From positions 1 to 49,822 of the IMG/VR virus record IMGVR_UViG_3300020409_000027: DNA of 49,822 nucleotides; one strand, given 5' to 3'. The number at the start of each line of letters is the position of its first letter. Positions within the stretch are counted from its first letter, which is position 1. Below, piece by piece: positions 24,997 through 37,200 of the stretch. This stretch comes from a virus. Its lineage: Duplodnaviria; Caudoviricetes. The notes beneath the pieces are model-generated. The model searched no databases. It was given only the letters and a program-made list of their open reading frames with translations, and had not been told where the DNA came from. The translations under genes and the position numbers were made by a program.

Positions 24997-25529
24997 TGGC
25001 ATTAGGAGTCTTAAAACCAGTTGCGAATCACAATGGGTTACCTGACACAGGTCACGGTATTCCTATTCCTTCGACTATTCATAGTACACAACCTTGTAAT
25101 AGTCCTCCTATTGAATTGCCAATTATTGTTAAGGACAAAACTTGTTTATGGCCGCCAACACCATTAATTCCATTAACTGCTCTCAATCCTATGCGAGCAA
25201 CAGTTTTGGTAAATGGTTTACCTATAATGATAAATTCTGATACTTTTACCACACACAGAAGTATCACAACCAATATTATTAACTATGTGTGCCCTTGTGG
25301 TAAGGCAATGTGCATTATACCTACCCCTATCAACTGTAGTTTACTTACTTTAGAAGATATGAAGGGAGTTGGACACGGAAGAACACTATGGGCAACTACA
25401 TTTACTGTATTTGCGTTTAAGATTCCTATAGGTCGTCTTACAGACCCTCTAGGTTTTGGTGTAACTGGTAAATCTTGGCCGTGTTCCTCTGCTATTGCGT
25501 TTGGAAGTCCAAATGTATTGGCAGGTTAA
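24996..25529 (+). CDS. PAAR-like spike-tip protein (T4 gp5.4-like)
   Basis: D.GHG, TVLVNGLPI...D...H, PIGRL.D, C...IAFGSPNVLAG. Located before gp25. Confidence 0.75.
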   Translation: MALGVLKPVANHNGLPDTGHGIPIPSTIHSTQPCNSPPIELPIIVKDKTCLWPPTPLIPLTALNPMRATVLVNGLPIMINSDTFTTHRSITTNIINYVCPCGKAMCIIPTPINCSLLTLEDMKGVGHGRTLWATTFTVFAFKIPIGRLTDPLGFGVTGKSWPCSSAIAFGSPNVLAG

Positions 25530-25546
25530 TCTCAATATGATATAAT
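25518..25546 (+). promoter_or_regulatory. Sigma70-type promoter (extended -10)
   Basis: TTGGCA-17-TATAAT with TG upstream of the -10. Confidence 0.5.
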
Positions 25547-25567
25547 TACACCAGTTAGAAAATTACT

Positions 25568-25705
25568 ATGGCAGTTTATTCCAGTACGAATACACTTAAG
25601 GAAGCAACACCCAAAAAGACTCGTCAAGGGATGGGTAAACATACTAAATTAAGTGCAACTTCACGCAACAAAGCAAAGAAGAAGTACCGAGGGCAAGGAA
25701 AGTGA
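25568..25705 (+). CDS. Small highly basic protein
   Basis: MAVYSS...PKKTRQGMGKHTKLSATSRNKAKKKYRGQGK. Similar ORFs are typical before gp25 in cyanomyoviruses. Confidence 0.7.
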   Translation: MAVYSSTNTLKEATPKKTRQGMGKHTKLSATSRNKAKKKYRGQGK

Positions 25706-25739
25706 CTAAATAGACATATAAAGTCAAGAATACCGTTTA

Positions 25740-26147
25740 GTGGCGTATCGATTTAACGCAGAAAGAAATTTATCACGTCAATTCCGTGACCTCAGTATAG
25801 GGATGAAAGCAAACCCCAATACTGAGGATTTTTCTATTGTGAAGAATGAAAATGCCATTAAGCAAGCGATGAAAAACCTTATTCTCACTGGTTTTGGGGA
25901 GAGACCTTTCCAACCAACAAAAGGATCTCGTTTACGTCAAATGCTTTTTGAACCTTATGATGTTTTTATGTCTGAGGAACTTAAAGAAGAAATGTTTAAC
26001 GTATTGAAGACTTTTGAACCACGAATCAAGGTTAATGCGATAAGAATGACACCTGGTGACCCAAATGAACTTGAAGTGGAAGTTGATTACACCATTGTAG
26101 GAGAAAAACTCGTACAAACTGTTGATTTCTTATTGGAGAAAGTATAA
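25740..26147 (+). CDS. gp25: Baseplate wedge subunit gp25
   Basis: F.DL, NENAIKQAMKNLILT..GERPFQP..GS, FEPRI. CTAAATA at 25706. Confidence 0.92.
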   Translation: MAYRFNAERNLSRQFRDLSIGMKANPNTEDFSIVKNENAIKQAMKNLILTGFGERPFQPTKGSRLRQMLFEPYDVFMSEELKEEMFNVLKTFEPRIKVNAIRMTPGDPNELEVEVDYTIVGEKLVQTVDFLLEKV

Positions 26148-28240
26148 TGGCAGCAATCCCATCCAATTTAACATCGCTAGATTTCACAGAGATCAGAGAA
26201 TCTATTAGATCGTACCTCAGAACAAGAGATGAGTTTACAGATTACGATTTTGATGGTTCTGCTGCGTCATATCTTTTAGATGTTCTATCATATAACACTT
26301 ACTATGCATCTTTCACCGCTAATATGGCGATGAATGAAGCATTTCTTGAATCTGCGACGATTAGAGATAATGTTGTTAAAATTGCAAAACAATTAAACTA
26401 CACACCACGCTCTGTAAAGGCACCTAAAGCGTGCGTAAGGTTTGCAGTGCAAACTTCTACCATAGGAGGAAGTACAGACTATCCTAGCAGCGTAACTATG
26501 CTTGCAGGTGATGTATTTGTTTCTACAACTGCTGGACAAGGATATACATTCACTCTACCTTCTGATCTTACTGCTACTGTTGATCAAGGTACTGGAATTG
26601 CAACATTCGAACAAGTTATTATCTATCAAGGTAACACTTTAAACTATGAATACATTGTAGATGACGTTAAGAAGAGAACATATCTAATTCCTTCTGAAAA
26701 TATTGACACTGATCTACTAAAAGTGTCTATTTCACCTAACGCACAGTCTGAAGAGATCGATACTTACAACTTAGTAGAAAATATTGTAGATGTTGACGGA
26801 ACTACTCGTGGATACTTCCTTGAGGAGACTGATGACCAAAGATATAACGTAGTTTTTGGTGATGGAGTCATTTGTCGTCAACTAATTGCAGGTGAGGTTA
26901 TTAAACTTCAATATGTGAAGACAGAAGGAACTGCTGCTAATGGATGTAAGCGATTTAGCTTCATTGGTCGTGTAGTAGATTCAACTGGACGTTTTGTTAG
27001 TACCTCTAGCATCTCTCTAGTGACTGTAGACGGTGCTCAAGATGGTGAGGACTTAGAGACTACCCTAAGTATCAAATTTAACGCTCCTAGAGCATTTAAC
27101 AGTCAGAACAGAGCTGTTACTGAGTCAGATTACGAATACATTACTAAAAAAGTGTATCCACAGGCAAAAGCAGTTACTGCTTACGGTGGAGAACGCTTAC
27201 AACCTCCAGTATACGGAAAAGTATACATTTCAATTAGGACAAAATCAGGTGCTTTACTTAATACCACGACTAAAAAGAGAATCAGAACAGATTTACAAAA
27301 ATATTCCATTGCTGCGATTGAACCAGTTATCGTTGACCCAATTACCCTCTTTATTAGACCAAAAACTTGGGCATTCTTTGACGGTAATAAGACTACACTA
27401 TCAAATAATGAAATTGCGTCTAAAGTTCTTGGAGCTATCGATCAGTACAACTCTCAAGCAGAATCAACTCGATTTAATGGTCGTATTGATATCTCTGCTT
27501 ACCAAACGATGATCGATTCATCAGATCCTTCTATTAGTGGTAATGTGACTCATATGACATTGGGTATGAACGTTGAAGGATTTAACTTTGGTCAAACATT
27601 TACTCAATGTATTGACTTTGGTAATGAAATCGCTAACCCTAACGACTTGTCTGGTGCAGATAAGCACGGAGGTGGTGGAACAGGTACTGATAGCGGTGCT
27701 TGTGTGCCAAAGTATTCAACTGTTAAGAGTGGAACATTTTATGCTACTGGTTACACAGAAAATCTGCTAAATCTAACTGGTAGTACAAATGGTAATCAGA
27801 TATCATCTGCATCTCTCATTGAAAATGACACTTCTGCTTTTCTTCCTGTAAATATTCGTGATGACGGTTACGGAAACTTAATTATGGTTACAAAAGTTGA
27901 TGAAACAGAAACTGTATTGAAAAAGGATGTGGGAACTGTAGATTACAAGTCTGGACAGGTATGTCTAGGACCTGTAGACATCGCTAGTACACCCGACGGT
28001 ACTGCAAGAGTTCCGATTACCGTGATACCTGCATCTAGCAATATAGACGTAGGACCTGGCTTAGATCCAGCTATCTTTAACCCAACTGTTCAATCGATTG
28101 ATTATACGATTGATACAACAAATGCTAAGACATTTGACCCATTTGACTTTACTCCTATCAACTTCGATGGAAGTTCAATAAATATCATTGATTATCCAAC
28201 CACTGTATACGAAGTTCCAGAATTTAATTCTTGCTTCTAG
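26147..28240 (+). CDS. gp6: Baseplate wedge subunit gp6
   Basis: LDF..I...L...EFTDYDFDGS...LLDVLSYNTYY, NEAFLESA..R.NVV..AK.L.Y.P, FGDG, QNRAVT..DY, YGKVYI. Confidence 0.95.
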   Translation: MAAIPSNLTSLDFTEIRESIRSYLRTRDEFTDYDFDGSAASYLLDVLSYNTYYASFTANMAMNEAFLESATIRDNVVKIAKQLNYTPRSVKAPKACVRFAVQTSTIGGSTDYPSSVTMLAGDVFVSTTAGQGYTFTLPSDLTATVDQGTGIATFEQVIIYQGNTLNYEYIVDDVKKRTYLIPSENIDTDLLKVSISPNAQSEEIDTYNLVENIVDVDGTTRGYFLEETDDQRYNVVFGDGVICRQLIAGEVIKLQYVKTEGTAANGCKRFSFIGRVVDSTGRFVSTSSISLVTVDGAQDGEDLETTLSIKFNAPRAFNSQNRAVTESDYEYITKKVYPQAKAVTAYGGERLQPPVYGKVYISIRTKSGALLNTTTKKRIRTDLQKYSIAAIEPVIVDPITLFIRPKTWAFFDGNKTTLSNNEIASKVLGAIDQYNSQAESTRFNGRIDISAYQTMIDSSDPSISGNVTHMTLGMNVEGFNFGQTFTQCIDFGNEIANPNDLSGADKHGGGGTGTDSGACVPKYSTVKSGTFYATGYTENLLNLTGSTNGNQISSASLIENDTSAFLPVNIRDDGYGNLIMVTKVDETETVLKKDVGTVDYKSGQVCLGPVDIASTPDGTARVPITVIPASSNIDVGPGLDPAIFNPTVQSIDYTIDTTNAKTFDPFDFTPINFDGSSINIIDYPTTVYEVPEFNSCF

Positions 28241-28256
28241 TCTCTAAAAACACAAG

Positions 28257-31200
28257 ATGAAGGCTATTACAATATCAGATAGGTTGCAGGATCAGATTCC
28301 TGCATTCATCAAAGAAGATAATGACCAGTTCGTTAATCTTCTAACGCAATACTACAAATCACAAGAGAAGTCAGGTCGTCCTTACGACATTTTGAACAAC
28401 ATCTTGAGGTATACAGATATTGGTTCGGGAGAGTTTGACCCTAATTTCTTATCTTCATCATCTGCTGTTTTAGAAAGGGTTGATCCAACACAGAAGAATA
28501 TTATATCCGAAAATGTAAATTACTTCCTCGAAAATGATGGTACGATTAAAATCGATGATGAAGTCATTTATTACGAGAAAATTACACATTCTCCAGACAT
28601 TGTTTTCACACCAGGTGTTGACAAAGCAGAATTTGACAGAAAAATCCAAGAATTCGAACCAATTTCTGATCAGTTTGATGGTGCTACAACGCTATTTCCT
28701 CTAAGGTTGCTTGGAAAACCTGTAACTCCTCAAAGTGCTCAACATCTGCTAGTTATTGTAAATAATGAATTTCTATACCCAAATGTAGACTATTTCCTTG
28801 AAGGTGACAAGATACGTCTTCAGAACCCTCCAGAAACCCCTACAGGACTCCTTACAGGTGCTATCAATACCATTCGTTACCTAATTGGTTACACAAGCAT
28901 CCCTGTACGTTCTCTTGACACTATTAATGTCACTCAAGATGCAAAAGAATTTCAGTTGAAGTTGGATGGGAACAATTATACTCCATTATCTACTGTATCT
29001 TCGATTGTTGTCGTTAATAGAGTAGAAAAACGTCCATATGAAGATTTTACAATCTTTGAGGACAAACTTATCTTTAAAGAAGACATTGGAGAAAATTCTA
29101 CTGTTGTTGTACGTTCTGTTGAACTTATTGCACCTGAATTTGGTAGTGGTGCTAGTGCAGTCGCTAAAATTGAAGATGCGAAGTTAGATTCGGTTATTGT
29201 TAAGACTGGTGGTAGTGGATATAGACTAAGTTTTGCTCCAAAGATCAGTGTTGCGTCAACTAAGGGTACTGGATTCGGTGCAACTGCGGAAGCACTCGTA
29301 AATGGTATTAAGGACACTCAATTACTATTTTCTGGACAAGGTTACTCTGCTAACAATCCTCCAGTTGTCGTAGTTGACTCTCCTGCCGATCCTGAAGGTA
29401 AAACTGCTCAGATTAGGGCAGTTGTTGATGATTCAATCGAAGGGGTCTCACAACTCATCGTAGACAGTTCAGGAAGTGGTTACGATAGGATCCCATCTAT
29501 CAAATTTGTGAATCCTGGTGGTGCAACCATTACTAACCCCACGATAACCAACGGTTCAGTCGATCCTGGTTCTATTCAAATTACAGATGATGGTTCAGGA
29601 TATACTACTGCTCCTCTTGTGTATTTGGATCTTCCAACAGGTGACAATGCCATAAGAGCTAACGTTGTTGCAACACTTGATGCATTCGGACGTGTTAATG
29701 GTATTAACGTCGTTTCAGGTGGGCAAGGTTACACTAGCGTTCCTAGAGCACGTATTATTGATCCTGTAGGTGCACAGATACTTGATGTCAGTGTAACTGC
29801 TGGTAGAGTTACTAATATTGAACTATTAACTGGTGGTGCAGGTTACACAGACGCTCCATCTGTATACATCGTTGATAATAGGAAGGATATTACTGGTGCA
29901 CCTGCTGGTGGTACAGGAGCAACTGCTGTTGCAACCATATTCAACGGAGAGATTACTGATATCAATATAACCAGTTTTGGAAGTGGATACTCAGATGCAG
30001 AACCTCCTCAAGTTTTTATTGCTGCTCCACCTGCACCTGAAGCGTCTTGTGACGTTGGTTTTGGAGAAATTACTGGATTTACAATCCACAGTGCAGGTTC
30101 TGGATATCAACCTTCTGCATTCGTTAATTGTAAGCGTGGTGTTTCTAGCACAACTGAATTTGATCAAAAAGGAAATCAAGTATACAGTAAAGAACACGAT
30201 ACAATTCAGTCCTCACACGAGGTTGGAGGAGTTATTCATAACCTCGATACACTATTTGCTAAGGAATTATACAGAAGGTACGTAAATCAATATCTTCCTA
30301 ATGCGGAAATTGACTATGAAAAGGTAAATGCTCCGCAGATTATTAAAACTATATCGGATTTTTACGCATCTAAGGGTACGAAGATCTCTACACAGTACCT
30401 GTTCAAGATGCTGTTCTCCGAGAATGTGGATGTATCTTATCCAAAAGATGAGGTTATTAAACCATCTGCTGCATCTTGGAACGTAGATACAGTCCTTCGT
30501 GCAGATCTTATTGAAGGTTCTCCCGCAGATTTACTAGATTCACAGTTAATTCAGTATGTGGATGATGTAGATACTGCTGTAAAAGGTGCATCTGCACTAA
30601 TTGAGAACGTTATTGCTATCAATACTGGTGTAGGAACTGTATATGAACTTGCTATATCTGAGGAAACATTACAAGGTACATTTACTATACCTTACAAAAC
30701 AACTCTTGTAGAAGCACTTAATACTTCAGAATCGATCATTACTGTTGACTCTACGATTGGTTGGCCAGAAAGAAACGGTACAATCCGTATTAATGACGTT
30801 GAGCAAGTACAATATAAGGAAAAGACACTAAACCAGTTCATTGAGTGTACACGTTCTAAGAATGGTGTGGTAGAAGATTGGGATGCTGGTACTACTGTTC
30901 ACTCTGATATTTTCGTATATTGTAACCGTGGTACTGCACAAGAGATCAAATTACGTGTTCTAGGTATTGCGGATGCAAAATCTACCGTATTGACAGATAC
31001 TGGTTCATATTACTTACCAGGTGACAAACTAAACGTTGCATCTCTTGGTTCTACATCTACAGATCAACGTATCACTTCTTGGTTGTATAACGTTAAGAAA
31101 CTGATTAATGTTACTGGAATTACACCAGGTGGTCTTAATAACCAAACTGCAACCGTAACTTGTGATAACAAACACGGTTTGTTGGTTGGAGACACAGTTA

Positions 31201-34200
31201 CTATCTACGGTGCAAACCCAACTGTCTTTAACGGTACATTCCTAGTTACATCACGTATTAGTGATTTTGTATTTGAATACAACATACCTGCACCAGCTGA
31301 CGCAAATCCTCAAGGTAATATCCTCTTATCTGTTGACTTGAATAAAGGTAAGTCTACGGAAGAAGGTATCAGCATTGCAATTAGAGATTTTACTACAAAC
31401 GTACAGAATACATTCTTTAACGATACACACGCATACATTGCGTCATCTGGTATTCCAAACTATCAGGTAGGACCTTTCGTTGGTTCCGCACTGTTACCAG
31501 GTAACCAACGTAAACTAATTCGTATTCCTAGAGTCATTAATACGATTTCCAAACGTGAAGATACAAACTTCGGACCTATTGGTGCGTGGGTTAATGGTGT
31601 ATCTGCGTGGTCATATAAGTCAGAAACCAAGATTAAGTTTGGTGGTGTTATAGGAATAAACATAACAGACGTAGGAAAAGGATATGATGCAGCAAATCCT
31701 CCTGTTATTGAGATTAGTGGAGGAAATGGTACAGGTGCTGCTGCTAGTGTTGTTGTAAACGGAGCGTTAAGTGAGATTGAAGTTACTTCTGGTGGTACTG
31801 GTTATACTTCTAGTCCTCTTGTTTCTATCGTGGGTGGTAACGGATTCGGTGCAACTGCTACTGCTGTTATTACAAACGGTGTAGTTTCTAAGATCTTAGT
31901 TGAAAACCCAGGTCAAGGATATACTTCTCAACCTGATGTGTCTATTTCTGGAGGAAATGGTACAGGTGCAACTGCAACTGCTGAAGTTCGAGGACCTATT
32001 CAGTCTGTAAGTGTAGATAGTGCAGGTTCATCTTATACTGAATCACCTACTATTAAGTTGAACTCTGGTGAAGGTGCTGTTGCTCAAGCAATCATTATTA
32101 ATGGTCGTATCGTTTCAATCGCTATCATTGCAGCAGGTCGTGCATATACTACTGCACCAGAGATTGTAATCAACGGAGATGGATATGGTGCTGTGGCAAA
32201 AGCTACGATTGGTACAGTTGGTGAAGATAGAGGTAAGGTTATTGGGGTTACAGTTGTAAATAGAGGTATAGGATATACAACAGGTAATACAATAATTAGA
32301 CTGGATGCAGTCGGTGAAATGGCGACATTCACTGCGAATGTCTTTGAGTGGACTCGTAACCTTCAGAATGAGTTAGGACAACAGTTTGATACTTCTCGTG
32401 GTTACGTCTTTGCAGGATACAATACTCAGTATGGTGGTGAGTATGCTCACGTATCCGATCCTAAGCAACTCCGCTACGTTCTTGGCGATAATGTCTTCAA
32501 AAACCAATCGACGCAACAATTACAAGAACTTTCAACTGGTTGGCTTCATTCTCCGATACTTGGATGGGCATTTGATGGTAACCCCATTTATGGTCCTTAT
32601 GGTTACATTGATGCTACCGACCAGTCTTCTGGTATTCGTCGTATTAGAAGCTCTTATAAGATTAAGGATGTCTTAATCTATGACGCTGCAACTAACCCAA
32701 CTCCAGTAAGAGCAGACGGACCTCTGTTGTCTAATTACGAAGCTGGTTCATTTATTGAAGATTACGAATATACTTTCCAATATGGTGACTTAGACCAATA
32801 CAATGGTCGTTTTTGTAAGACTCCTGAATTCCCTGAAGGAATATATGCATACTTTGTGTCAATCGACGCATCAGATTCAGGTAATCCTATATTCCCATAT
32901 ATTGCAGGTCCTCAACTCTATTCTAAAGCGGATGAGTGGAACTTCAGTCAAAACGCTGTTCAAACAAATATTCCTTCAGGTGTTGTTAGATTTAGAGATC
33001 CATATGAAGATGTTGACATTGATATTGATCGTCAACCAAACCAAGACACTGATATTCTTGTAACTGAACTAGGTGAAGAACTTATCTTCGAAATTGAAGA
33101 CACAAACCGTGATGGTGTTATTAATAACTTAGAAGATAGTACACCTATTAATATCGCTGAAGAACCTGTACTTCAGTTATTCGATTACTATCCTAAAGTA
33201 TCTACAAGATCTGAAGTTGATATTGATATTGAAACTACGACTAAATTTGAGGATGCTCAAGTTGATGGATTTGTGGTTGAGAATCCTGGTATCTCTTATA
33301 AGGTAAATGATAAATTATACTTCGATAATACAGATACAGAGGGATTTGGTGCTTCTGCTAAAGTTGACTCCGTAAAAGGTCTTTCAATATCTGGTTATTC
33401 TTCATATATGGCAAATGATGTACCATTTGGTCGCATCACTACTCCTACAGAGCACGAATTGCGTGTTGGTGATGAAGTTATCGTTACCAGTAATCCTATA
33501 CTAGATTCTACTAATAAGACATATAGAGTTAAAGTTATCTCTGGTGTTGAGCAATTAACAATCACACAGAATGGTGTTGGTTATTCTTCTGAACTACCTC
33601 CAACTTATGAGTTGATTACTGATTCAGGACAAGATTTCCAACTTAATTTGGTTAGGACTGAAGCAGGTGGTGTTTCACAAGCAGATATTATTAACTCTGG
33701 TTCTGGATATAGTGATACTAATCCTCCACAGATCAGAGTATCACATCCACAAAGATATAAGAAAGCAACTTACTTCTTATCCTTTATTCAAGAAGCAACT
33801 GGTATCCTTTCAATAAATGACGTTAAAGTTGCTGATGATCGTACTATCTACGTTGTTGGACAAAGAGATCTAACTGATAGTGACACTTGTGGTGTTCTTG
33901 CTAAGTTTAACAGCGATGGACGTTTACTATGGCAAAGAACCTTAGTTCCTACAGTTCCAAATGCTCAACCTAAGTCACTAAAATGGAACTCACTATATGT
34001 TGAGAATAGCAATCCTCATAATATCTACGTTATTGGTGAAACTGTTCCTAATATTACTAACCTAACTCATAACCCAGACGTTATCGTTGCAAAATATACT
34101 TCAGGATTTGATAATGCAAACAACCCTGATGGTATTCTTCAGTGGCAACGTGATATTGCAGGTATTTCTGGTGCTACAAGAAGGGACTATGCTACTTCTA

Positions 34201-37200
34201 TTGCTCTTGATCAAGATGGAAGAGTAATGATCGGTGGTTATACAGACGCTAACAGTTTGTATGCTGACGATATGTGGGTTGCTTTACTTGATGTTGATGG
34301 ATCAATTATGGAGAAGCGTAAGATCGCTTCCGATTCAGTTAGTGAGAGATTACATCAGTTACAGTGGAAGTCTAATGATAGATTCCTCTTTGTTGGTATT
34401 AACGAACCAGATAACACTTCTGATATTATCATTGGTGAAACTTATTATGATACTGCTACTATTGAACTACAGTGGGCTAAGAAGATCACTAATGCTTCTT
34501 ACAAGTTCAAGAATCCAACATTCACTATTGATGAATATGGTTCAGTATATGTAACTGCTACTGCTGTTAATAGTGACGGTAAAAATTATGGTGTTCTATA
34601 TGTAAAATTTGATAACGACGTTTATACTTCTACAGTTCATAATAAGATCTTTATTCCAACTGGTGAATATCACGGTGTTGAGAATGGTGGTGTTAAATTT
34701 GATATCTTTGGTAATGTTGATGTATCTTGTGCAGTTCAGAGAGATTTCAATGCTGCTGAATCTGTAACTCTTAAGGTTGGTTGGAATACAGGTACTGTAA
34801 TTACTGCTTCATCTCTAACAGAAACAAGTGGTATTGGATTCAAACCAGTTGCAGTATCTAATGATAACTCAGGTGATACTATTGTTGTTGGTAATAAAGT
34901 TGAATCTGACCAACTTGCAATCTTTAACTGGGATACTGCTGATAACTTATTTGATGAGACATATAATGACACTTTAAAAACTGGCACAAACAAACAGTGG
35001 TATGCTACTGGTAATGCTGTAATTGATGATACTAAGAAGTTTGCAGGTGCATCTTCTATTAAGTTAGATGCTGCTAACTCTCTTGCACTTCAGTATGGAT
35101 CAGATGTAGCAACCAGTTGGACTTTAGAGGGATTCTGGGCACTAGGAAATACTCAGTACTCTGCTGCTAATACAAAACCAATATTCTATACATCTACTGA
35201 CGTTGCAGGTAATACTGTTAAGTTTGGTCTTGATGCAGATCAAGCATCTCCAAACTACGGTAAGACTTTCATTGATATTTCTGGATCAACCACATTCTCT
35301 GCTGCATCTGTTTACTTTGCTGTCTTTAACAATGAAGCATTCATTCACGTTGCTGCTGCTAAAGAACGTGTTGGAGTTGGTAATTACAAATACAGATTCT
35401 ATGTAAATGGTATTGAGACACAAGTCCTTACAAGTACCACAGTTGATGTTAATTTAAAAGATGCTAGTGTAGGTCCTGATGGAACACCTGGTTCAGTCAA
35501 TAACTGGATTGGTTGGATTGACAACATAGTCATCTCACCGACCGCCAAGTATGTTGAAGCGTTTACTCCCCCCGATACACCGATTCTTGGTTCTAATAGT
35601 ATCAGTAAAGGTTTCTTATACAAGGTTGACAAAGATAAAACACAGTTAGGATCATTTACTCTTAATAGTGTAGAATCAGGACATCAGATAACTCTTGCTT
35701 CTACAAGTGCCTATACATTCAATACTCAACCAGTTACGATGAATCCTTGGGCTATAGGTCCTGCTGGTATTCAAATCCTTGACTATGGTGACGTGATAGC
35801 ACAACACGTACCTGGTACATTCACAGTTACATCTACAGACGAATCATATGCAAATAGAACGGCAACTATTCCTACTCCTGGCGGAAAGAAACTACTCCTT
35901 ACAACTACTGTTATTCCAAAATATTACTTTAGGGATGCAAAATATCAACAAATTGACTTAGTTAAGACACTAAACTTCAATCAACCTGCTACATTTACTA
36001 AAGGTGCTACTTTACAACAGTATTCTGTTATTGGTGGTTCTGATGTAATCAGTGCATATGGTCAAATTGTTGAAGTTGGACTTAGTTCTGTCAAGATTGG
36101 TAAGATTATTGGTACATTTGACAACACAAAACTACTAAAATCCACTGCTGGTGACGTAAACGAACTAGAATACTCATTTACAGAGGAAAAAACAGAACCA
36201 CAATGGGCAACTAACTTCAATTACACTGTTGGAGATGTAGTTTATAACGATAAAAAACTCTATACTGCTCAAACAACTGGTGTTTCAAGCACAATCGCAC
36301 CTACTCATACAACTGGTGTTGTTTCTGATGGTGCTATTAACTGGGCTTACACCTCTGTATCAGGCATATATGCTGTAGATCTTGCAAATACTTCTTATCA
36401 TAACAGTACATTAGCAACATATGCGTCTTGGAAACCATTCTCAGCGTCTGATTACACTATTAAGATTGAAGAAATCTATGATGACTCCAACTTTATTAAA
36501 GGAGACACCATTGATGCTGATGCTGTCAACCTACAATTCTCTGTTGATGCTACTGGTAAGATAGCAACCTTCACTGGACTATTTGGTGTTAAGAAAATAT
36601 CCTTGGTTGCAAAACTTGATAAGGACGTAATTCCTAGTGGTGCACTAACAAACACTGATTTAGTATACTGTTCTGCTTCTAGTAGACATAACTTCTCAGT
36701 AAATGACATTATATTCACTGAAAACTTTGCAACAAACGATTATAACGGTTCATTCTTCGTAGAAGAGGTATTTAACTCAAGAGACTACTCATTCCGTATG
36801 AGAAGCACTGCTGTACAGGAACCAACCTTTGCTGGTAGTGGTTCTTCAGTAGTTAATGTCAATATTTACGCTAAACATCCTAAATTCCTCTTTGTTAGAG
36901 GTCATCAGTACATCTTTGACCTTGATGACAGTTCTAACTTAGGTTATTTCCTATCATTCTCTAAAGATAATCAGTATAAACTAGAATATCCCTTCATTAA
37001 CATCGTTAGAGAAGGTACACCAGGTTTCACTGATGATGATTCTCCAACTCCATTGGTTAAATTTATCATCAATGAAGACGTTACTAACATTTCATACTAC
37101 TTTGACCCTTCAAGAACAGGTGCAAACTCTCCTGTTGGTGAAGGATCGTTCATTGACGTTATACCATCACCCTATGCAGGTACATTTAGAATTAGTGGTA

